Shown: piece by piece, positions 53,160 through 64,000 of the stretch
Position numbering within the stretch: position 1 is the first letter of the stretch
Layout of the letters: every line of letters starts with the position of its first letter
Assembly: GCA_907165135.1 (NCBI GenBank)
Contig: OU015567.1
Span: forward strand, 13,640,001-13,704,000
Source: Oikopleura dioica
Lineage: Eukaryota; Animalia; Chordata
DNA length: 64,000 bases
Direction of reading: 5' to 3'
Translations under genes and position numbers: made by a program
Notes under the pieces: generated by a model
Databases searched by the model: none
The model's input: the letters and a program-made list of their open reading frames with translations, nothing else
Told to the model about the DNA's origin: nothing

Positions 53160-54130
53160 CCGTGGCTCCAGACAGAAGGAAAGGTGTTCTCTTGATACAA
53201 AAAATCTCTTGAAAAAGCATTATTTTGAAGAAAATCGGCGGAAAACGCTGAAAATAAAAGTCTGTCCGTAATTCGCGGCGCAGCTACTCCGCGCACGTGG
53301 GAGAAATTTGCCGAGATGCGCAGCGGCGCGCCCTCATTGGCTGAATAGAAAATGACTGGGGACGCGGAGGATAGCACGCGCCGCGGAGGACCTTCTCATG
53401 CGCCCTTCGTGCTGGAAGAATATCAGTTTGACTGAAAACATTTTGAAGACGAATAAAAAAACTGATTTTTCTATTATAATAGTCAAAAATTTTTGGTAAA
53501 ACGGCCGAAATATAATATAAAATACATTTTTTAATAAAAAAATACAAGGAAAGATTTGAAAATTGATTTTGAAGGCTATGAGTAAATGATTCATTATTAT
53601 TACATTTGAGTCAGAATTATGATCTTATTTGCATAACATAGTTTTGATTTCAACTTAGTCGATCGTCGATCGCACTTGTTCTGATTACTTGAAGGTTTTC
53701 AAAGGTTGGATGCACGCAAATTTTCCGCGTTTCTTGAAACAATTGGCTTCAGTTACCGTTGTGAGTTTCTAGACTTTTCCAAATTTTATTTTTGAGATTG
53801 AGATTTATTTTCAGCGCCTCGAGGAGACCAAGCGCGCGTAAAAGTCAAAAATAAGAGATTTTTACGTTGGAGAAAATTCGAATCTCCTTATTTGGACGTG
53901 AACTTGGGGAATCGGCAGCAAAAGGTTTTTAGGTTCATTGGTTTTGGTTCATTCTATGAGATAATTTTTTTCAGTTGGAAAAGAGAGACCCAATCAGAAG
54001 AACCATCGCGGTCGGTATAAATAGAGAAAGCGCGCGGAAAATCGCATCATTCGATTTTTTCTTCAAACGAGGGAAAACCGAACAGTTTTCTTCTGACTTT
54101 TTCGTCGAGTAATTATTTCAACGCAACTTT
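53160..54130. promoter_or_regulatory. Divergent promoter region between the ribosomal-protein cluster and PLK1, with TATA-like and E2F-like motifs
   Basis: Head-to-head genes; GC-rich patch at about 53260-53410; TATAAA at 54016; GCGCGCGGAAAA at 54030-54041 (reverse TTTTCCGCGC) and TTTTCCGCG near 53722. Confidence 0.4.
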
Positions 54131-54138
54131 GACGCATC

Positions 54139-56352
<2,214 letters not shown>

Positions 56353-56670
56353 GAGCAGTTCTGAAAAAGTTCCTTCCAGTTCACTGCCATTCACTGTCAC
56401 TTTCACTGTACATTTTTAATATTTTTTATATCGTAAATAAAAAAACAACCTCAATCAATATTAGAATCAACGAATGCGTCTCTTTTTCTTCAGCCAATTA
56501 TCTCGTAGGTGCAGAAAAATTTAGGCTTTGATCAAAAATTTAATTTAGAATTTTATTACACACAAAATACAGCAGAAAGTCAAGATAAAATTTTTGAATC
56601 GCCAAAGATAATGGCGTCAAGTCGAGATTACAGCAAATAAAGGAATAAAATATTTAAGATTTTCATCAAA

Positions 56671-57786
56671 TTAGAAGATGCTGGCAACTTCAGTTGTGTA
56701 CCAGGGAGCATTGGCTTGCTCGGCTGCCCAAGCTGCGAGCCGGGTTTCCATGTTGTCACTGGAAGATTCCTGTCCGGTGAAGAGCGATTCGGCTTTTGTT
56801 GTCGTTTCTTGACCGTAGATGGTAGCGGAGTTGTCATATCCCATCTTGTGGCAGAAGCTGCATTTGATTGATCTACTGAATCTTCCTCGTACAGCGCTTT
56901 CAAGAGTTGTTGTTGAAGCACATTGATGTCGGAGCTTGACTGATCCGACGAAGTTCTGCTTTTCTTGAGCTTGGCAGGCAGATTTTAAAGCGCAGCCTGA
57001 CCAGAATTTCAAGCTGCCGCCGATTTCTGAATCAGTTATCATTTCTGTTGAATATTTTTGTATTTTACCTTTCTCCCATCGCATTTGGCAGACCATGAGA
57101 TCGTCAATGCCGCTGTTAGAAGTATCATCACAAGTGGCAATTGTTGTGGAGGATCTGCAAGTTGCGTAATCAACGCCATCGCATACTTTGCATTTGTTGT
57201 AGTCGTTTCCTCCGGAGAGAAACCCTCTGGTTTGATCATTGGCAGCAGATGCAGCAGCGACGGCGAGGTTTTGAAGTGGTCGTCGAGATTCGTCTTCAGA
57301 GGGACCAAAGAAGAGATCGTCCATTGGTGGCTCTGTAGGCATCTCTGTTGTAGTTGGTGGTTCGGTAGTTGTTGTTGTAGTTGTTGTTGTGGTTGTTGTC
57401 GTGGTCGTTGTGGTGGAAGTTGTGGAAGTAGTTGTTGTCTTGGCGGCATTTTGAGCGGCAATGGCTGCTCGAAGGGCCTGTCGGAAAGCAGCAGTTTGGA
57501 AAACCCCGTTGACAAAGTAATCGGAGACCTTGATTCCTGGAGGAAGTTTCTTCAGTCTACCTTCGGCACCGACACCGCCGAGCGATCGGCCACCGATGAG
57601 ATCAGCTCCGTCAGTGGCAGAGTAGTCATTGAGAAGATCGAGATCTTCGGTGGAAAAGATGTCGTTTTCATCTAATCCGTAGTCGGCAAAGTCGATGGAA
57701 TTTGACTCGTCATAGTAGTCGTATCCTTCAGAGTAGTCGTACTGACCAAGGGCGACTGCAAAGATTGTGGAAGCAAAAAGTTTCAT
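56671..57786 (-). CDS. Secreted Thr-rich mucin-like protein with Cys-rich C-terminal domain (oikosin/house-protein-like)
   Basis: Signal peptide MKLFASTIFAVALG, Tyr/Asp-rich N-terminus, poly-Thr tract, CKVC...C...CSFC domain; probable 42-nt in-frame intron at 57027-57068. Confidence 0.8.
   Translation of the reverse strand: MKLFASTIFAVALGQYDYSEGYDYYDESNSIDFADYGLDENDIFSTEDLDLLNDYSATDGADLIGGRSLGGVGAEGRLKKLPPGIKVSDYFVNGVFQTAAFRQALRAAIAAQNAAKTTTTSTTSTTTTTTTTTTTTTTTTTEPPTTTEMPTEPPMDDLFFGPSEDESRRPLQNLAVAAASAANDQTRGFLSGGNDYNKCKVCDGVDYATCRSSTTIATCDDTSNSGIDDLMVCQMRWEKGKIQKYSTEMITDSEIGGSLKFWSGCALKSACQAQEKQNFVGSVKLRHQCASTTTLESAVRGRFSRSIKCSFCHKMGYDNSATIYGQETTTKAESLFTGQESSSDNMETRLAAWAAEQANAPWYTTEVASIF
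57340..57432 (-). repeat. ACN trinucleotide tract encoding poly-Thr
   Basis: Runs of gttgtt/ggttgt on the plus strand read as (ACA/ACC/ACT)n in the coding frame. Confidence 0.9.
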
Positions 57787-60184
57787 TATTTGAATTCCTT
57801 TCAGTTCACTTTAAAAAGTTGATTGTTTTATTTTATCGGTTATCGATATTCGATAAGGAAATGAATCTCAGGTACCAGTTTTATAGCACCAGGGAATAGT
57901 GCTGAGTGGTGGCGGTTGGTGGCGCTCGTTGTGGTGTTCCACCAATTTTCTCGAGAAGGTTGCGGCGACAGGACATCACGTTGAGCGAGATGAAATGACT
58001 AAGCTAAGGATTCTGGTGTTTTCCAATGAACTTTGGAACTTATCTTTTACCAAAGCTGTGCGATTCCCGATGGGACTCCAATTCTTTGGCCTTATTTTTA
58101 AAATTGAGTTTGTGTAAGAGTTAAAAGCTAATGAGTTTGGAATAAGTTAATAAAAGAAGAATCCATTTAAATTTAAAGCCGAAGCTTCAAAAATGGGCTT
58201 ACGAATGTATTTTAATCAATTTACCATGCATGAATTCTCAGCGAGTCTTTTTGTCTGAATGCACTCAATTAGCCTAAAAGAGGCTCTATAAAGCTTTAAA
58301 ACTGATTAAACCGACGGTGTTCTACTAGAATCTGAGCTAGGAGAAAACACTGTATACGTGCGGATGTTGGAAATTATTCATTTGAACAAATGGATTTCGC
58401 CTTGTGCTCTATGCACTTTTTTCTACAGAGAAGTATCTTTAAAACATAGCAGCTAACCTGTGCACTTGACTTTATCAAATTATTTATTTTGCTAAAGTTC
58501 AATTAGTTTTAATGCTTGTGAGTTGTTGACTTGACAAAAGTTACCAAGCAGCTTCATTCTGCAGCTTTATTTCATCAAAAAAATTTTGCCAATAATGCTT
58601 ATTTTCAGAATATAACAAAGTTCAGTTCACTCAAAACTATCAAATTAGCGAACAACTTGAAAGGGCTGAGAAGATGCGGTCGATTTGCAACGTGAAGCCT
58701 AATTGAATTATCATACTCTTGAGAGTGTTCATTCGAATTCAAAATGTCACTGCAAAAAGCCACGTCTGCGGGAGCCCCTAAAAAGGGCCTAACAGTCATG
58801 GTGGTTTCTTAGTTAATTATAAATCTAGATTCTTCTTATACCGTTTCTTCTTTAGCTTACAATCTTGTTCATTCGAAAATAAAGATCTTATGATATAATA
58901 TCTTCTTATCTCTATCTTTTTTTCCAAAGACATCCCGCAAATAGCCCTCAAAGTGATTGGATTATAGTTTCAGCCAAACCGTCTTGCTGAAACTTGTTGA
59001 CCAGGCGACTTTGTTGATCCAATTTTTTAAATCTATTACTAAGCTATCCTACTTAGAACCTATCATTTCTTTGAAAACCGACCCTGAAGAGAATTCCATG
59101 TCGATCCACAGCCAATTTTAGATGCATATGCATCCTTTTATGATGCTCCATAATGCGATGGAAATTGAACCGCGTGATGTCTGTAATAAATACTGAATGT
59201 AGAATGCTTGTTGAGGATCTTTTTCAAAAAAAAAATGTCGATTTTTCATCGATAGAGATTGACTCGAATAGAAATAAACTCAATGTCTTCTGTGCTGACT
59301 ATTTGTGTCAACCTTCTTTTCAATTACTGTGTCGTTACTGTGCCCGTACCGATTTTTAGAAGATAATTGAACCGCGGGGAAAAACTGGCGCACTGGTCGA
59401 TTCTTCAGAGCACTTTTATGCAGAGGAGGGAATAGACTCTATTCAATAGAGAATTCGAACGAATTTCGGTAATGGTAAGCGTACTACGGTTACTGTCACA
59501 GAGGGGATTAAAAGGTTTTAAGCTGTTTATCGAATTGTTGTGACACAGCCACATTCGATTATAAGTTCATCAATAGAATGAACATTCTAAACAGATGTCA
59601 GTTAAGCTCTTTTATATACAGTAGATATTCAATTCATAACCGAAGCAGTAGTACCTTAACAGTAGACGCCCGCAGAGAATCTGCTCTTTTTTTTCGTCTG
59701 CTAGATGATTAAACGGATGTACCTGTCGTTTACAATATGTATTCTGAGATATCATTGATTAATTATTGAGAAAAATGACATTTTGCGTGTGATAATCGCA
59801 TATTTTCTGTACTCAATCGAATTAAACTCTGCGCTGCCAGCCACACGCTCGCGAGCGAAAAAAGCAATAAAGCTTCTTTTCTAATATTAAGTCGACACTT
59901 ATTCCTTTTACTCCTACCTTCATCGCGCAAACAGACATACACAAATAGTATAAATACATAAACCCTTATCCTTGCCTTAATATTCGCATCAGAGAGCACG
60001 AGAGCAAACTCGAAAATTTATTAATTCAAGGCTTCGACAGCCTAGAAAAATTTACTGAACCAATTCAATTTTTTGGAAACGAAGAGAGAACGAGAAACGC
60101 AATTAGACTAAACAATTGCTTAGTTGAGAGGAGATGGATAAAGGCAGATGAACGTCGCAGGAAAAGAAGAGAACAGAGTTTAGA

Positions 60185-62448
60185 ATGAATGGAACCGAGG
60201 TATGTTAATTAGCGCGCTTATACTGTAGGTTAAATAGAAAATGCAAGAAAATAGAACTCTTAGAAGGTCAGAGTCTTGAGGCAACCTTGATTGTCATTCG
60301 AGTTTATTCTAACTTCTGGATCGATCTTTTTTCGACTGATAAACTCAACTGGCTCTTAGAATTCCTCGCCGCGAAGTTATCAAACGAATTCTTCCACAAA
60401 CTCCAGCCCAGAATGTCAAAACCAACAGATTCCTATTTACAGCGTTTGGGAAATCGTCGGCATCGTTTCTGCTTCCACTTTGACCAGGTTTCATATTTCT
60501 CTTTTTCATAACTGAGACATGCTGTTTAGCTTATTAACTGTCGGTGCGAATACACTCGTCATCATTGCCTTTATTACAAACAAACAGTTGAGGACGATCA
60601 ACAACTACTTAATTATCAACTTGGCAGTCGCTGATTTTATTGTCGGTCTTGTTTCCATGAACTTCTATACTGCCTACATCGGTAAATTTGTTCTTTTCCA
60701 ATTTTATGTTTAATTTTTTTTTTAGTAATGCAAGGTTGGTCATTTGGGCCTCACGTTTGTGATGCTTGGTTAACGCTTGATTATGTTGCTTCCAATACTT
60801 CAGGAACTGTTCCGACTTTGATTTTCTCTATTGAGAAAGGAAAATATAAATTGAACTTTGCGCCAAGTGATGAATTTGCTGATCATCTGCATCGACCGCT
60901 ACCTGTCGGTCACGTTTCCAGTTAAATACCGCAATAAAAGAAAGGTCCTCCATGCTAAACTGGCGATGCTCTTCGCGTGGGTGGTCAGCTTCATACTCTG
61001 GGCACCATGGATTATTGGCTGGCAATACATTGTAAAGGCGAGGGATCATCAAAATTATCGGATGAGTTTATTTCGTAAATTGCGACTGTATTGATAACCC
61101 AACTTTTTTTTTCTGTTGATCCCCGGGAAGAAACGAACAGTGCCCCCGAATGACTGCTATATACAATTCATACAAGATGGCCATGGCTTACACATGTCTT
61201 AATTTCACCTAAGCCTACCCAAATTAAAACTGCATAATCCTCTGTTTTTAAGACTAAGGTTAATCAATTCTTGGTACAAGCGTAGTTCCCCTACAAAGTG
61301 TCTTTGCAGCAACTTACAATATAAAGCCATATAAAGACAATTCATGAGCGTTATCACAACACTCGCCGCATTCTATCTCCCTGCTTTTATCATGGTAATA
61401 CTTTATTACAAAGTTTACGTTGGCTTGCAAAAGAGAGCAAAGTAAGTCTCAACATTTTTATCCATAAAATTTTCATTGATAGAATGCTTGGAAACGTAAC
61501 GGATGACGAGACAAAGTTTACAATCGCCAGAAGAAGCGTAGAAGCTGTCATTAGGACGATGAGGAAAATTGTGAATGGGGAGCGCGATGGCTCGCAAGTT
61601 GTTGTTGCGAGTATCTCACATGAGGGATTGGAATCAGCGTATGTCATATTTTTTTTTTCTTTTTCAGGAAGTGGAATCGTGAAATTTTTAGAAACAACGC
61701 TAATTTGACGCAGACTGAAGACTTTTCGGGATCGAATACTCCGACTCCCGAGCAGATTCGAAGGCATTTGACCATTCAGTCTTTCAACGGGTCTGACATT
61801 TCTGAAGAGCTAATGGAAAGGCAACCGGAATCGAACGGCCATCTACTTGCGCAAAGTGCTCACAATGGGTAATTACTCCATTAGAACCGATATTCAGAAA
61901 GGGACTTCAGAATAAGATACTCCCAGTGCTCTGCTCAATTCTCCCCGAAAGCAAAATCAATTCCGAAAGCGAAGAAGCTCCATCTCAGTCTGAACAAAGA
62001 ACAAAGTTACGGTCTAAAACAACTAATTATTCCATTTCGGCCTATAAAACCAATCAGCAGCTGACCTAAAACCCGAACGACAGAATACCAAATTAACTCT
62101 GTATAAGGGCGGCGAGATTGTTATTTGCGATCATTACAGTCTTCATATTGCTGTGGTCGCCGTATAATATAATGGCATTGTATGCCTCTAAATATGGTTT
62201 TGAATCGATTCCGAACTGGGCCTGGGCTTTAGGATACTGGCTCTGCTATTTGAATTCAACATTGAATCCAGCCTGTTATGCTGCTTGTAACAAGGTGAAA
62301 GGCAGAATTGATAGAATCTTAGATAAAAAATGATTTTTAGACGTTCAAGAAAACCTTCAAGAATATCCTCACTGGACGGGGGTTTAGATCGCAAGCCCAG
62401 ATATATACGCAAAAGCCGGACAAAAGCCGCAAGAAAAACTGCTTATAG
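60185..62448 (+). CDS. CHRM: Muscarinic acetylcholine receptor, multi-exon
   Basis: [25 protein letters not shown]|[50 protein letters not shown]; N-terminus MNGTE|NSS with sequons. Subtype not assignable. Confidence 0.95.
60804..60867 (+). other. GA-AG intron in the muscarinic receptor gene (64 nt)
   Basis: TTCAG|GAACTG...GCGCCAAG|TGATGAAT restores the family motif NxSVMNLL. Confidence 0.9.
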
Positions 62449-62580
62449 TCTATTTATGAATAAATATAATTAGTCAATTGTGAAAACTGTAAAATATGTC
62501 TTTTGAAAACCTAACTCCTAGCTCAAGAACAACAGTAAAAAATAATTTTATTCAAAAATTTACAAAACGTGCGGCATTAT

Positions 62581-63752
62581 TCAAAGATCGTCTTCTTCAA
62601 AAACCGATATTTCGAGGTCGTCTTCTTCTTCGACGGCCGGTTTTCGATCTTCATTAAGATCTTGTCTTGCCCCAATTGACTGTGCTCTATGAAAATTATC
62701 AACCTTTACTTTGGATGGAAAAAAATACCTGTGCTTTGCAGCAGCAGCTCTATCCCGTTGTCTTCTATTTTTGAACCAGTTACCCACCTGAGTTGGAGTC
62801 AACGCGGTGGCTTCCGCGAGCTCTCGTTTTCTCGAAGGATTTGGGTATGGATCCTTGAGGTAGGACTCTCGCAAGATTGTTCGAGTTCGCTCTTTGAAGC
62901 AATGAGATTTTTGTTCACCATCCCAGATTGTTGATGGAAACGGGTGTTTCTTGCGCACGCGGTATTTGTCGACTGAAATCAAGGATGAGAATTTCTGCAA
63001 AAAAAATTTTTTTGGAAGATTCGAGGTTTTCATTTTTCAGAACAAAGCTATTTTTACCTGGACCAAGAGGTCTTCCTCTCGCTGCCTCAGCTTCCCCGTA
63101 ATGTGCCTCAAGCCAAAGAGCTTGCAACTTGGCATGATGAATGTTTGAAAATCTTCTTGATTCTATAAGCGCGTAGAGCTCCCGATAGTTTCCCTAGAGA
63201 AGAAAAATCAAAAAAGTATACACAGATCTGATGCCAGAAGCAAAGCTCTAATGGAATATTTAGAGGTATCTTAGAGGTATTATTGACCTGCTTGAAGGCG
63301 ACCACAGCTCGAGCGCGGATTAGGAATTCATTCTTTGAAAGAGCGTCCAGTACGGCCGGCAAAGCCGGTAAACTCCAAAGATACTGTCCGAGTCGGTCAA
63401 TGTCCCCGCAATCTTCTAATGTCGAACAGATGTTGATCACGTGCTGGACGGCAAACTGAGAAGAACTGTTCATAACTTGTGGAATCTATGAAACTTACAT
63501 TTGGCTGAGCAGGAAAAGTAACTAAAGGGATTTGAATTCCCCTTGAAGCTGCAATAAGTGAACCAAGATTTCGAATCCGCTCGAGGTTTTGTCTCTGTAT
63601 TAATAAGTTGTTCAAGGCGATATTCGAACTCGACCTAAATTAAAAATTTCAAGCGTTGTTGATCTCTTTTAACGATAGCTTTACCCAGAGCTCTCTGAAA
63701 TCGGCGAAATAGGAATCACAGGTTGTTGTGGCAAATCTTTGAGCTGCTCCAT
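62581..63752 (-). CDS. SIX3/6: SIX3/6 (optix-class) homeobox protein, multi-exon
   Basis: Six domain ([25 protein letters not shown]|VDKYRVRKK) and homeodomain [17 protein letters not shown]...[18 protein letters not shown]. Confidence 0.95.
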
Positions 63753-64000
63753 ACTTAAAAAATTTCTAGGACCTTATTTGGCTCGTCGAAGGTGTTCTGA
63801 AAGTGAGACTCTATCAGATTGGCTCAGTGATAGATGAGACGAGCAAAAACAGCGCCATCGAACGGCGCCGCGTGACATATCTCCGCGAAAATCTTTCCAA
63901 TTCTTTCAGTTCTTTCAAGAATCGATTTGGGGATTTGCATTAATCCGTGTTTCCGACAGTGTGCCAAGCTTATAATTTTCTCTTTGGATTTGATTCGAAT

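Noticed and set aside
57058-57675. Cys/Gly-rich plus-strand ORF
   Set aside because: Antisense reading of the poly-Thr tract.
57800-60180. Hidden gene or ncRNA in the 2.4-kb AT-rich gap
   Set aside because: Only short ORFs without splice-consistent structure. Best explained as regulatory DNA shared by two divergent tissue-specific genes.

Overview
Eukaryotic, very gene-dense DNA with about 30 protein-coding genes in 64 kb. Most introns are about 40-60 nt, several GA-AG, GC-AG and GG-AG introns are anchored by homology, and there are co-oriented gene runs with gaps of about 70-180 nt and a splice-acceptor-like AG just upstream of the ATG. This combination strongly suggests the larvacean tunicate Oikopleura dioica with SL-trans-spliced operons (inference; homologies were recognised from memory, no database search was run). 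Genes in order: PGRP amidase, FG-GAP repeat protein, TTC7, CFDP1, ZC2HC1A, PIGO, ERCC8-like, WDR82, an orphan, SMARCAL1 (with a nested same-strand gene), WDR59, TMIE, DCAF11, SHOC2, DHX38/PRP16 (with a nested antisense C2H2 gene), an orphan, RPN2, a multi-C-type-lectin protein, a PLA2-like protein, an M1 pseudo-aminopeptidase, six ribosomal-protein genes (RPS20-RPL26-RPL11-RPS13-RPS5-RPS9), PLK1, a Thr-rich secreted protein, a muscarinic receptor and SIX3/6. The most unusual observations are four. (1) Two long GA-AG introns each contain a whole gene and share a CCTTGAAA(A)G acceptor. (2) A foldback element flanked by a CCAAGG duplication would be removed exactly as a GC-AG intron of TTC7. (3) Two arrays of 39-nt period are built from palindromic repeats and variable spacers. 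(4) Four of the six ribosomal-protein genes carry one long, strongly base-paired intron. No rRNA, tRNA, CRISPR array or autonomous transposon was recognised.
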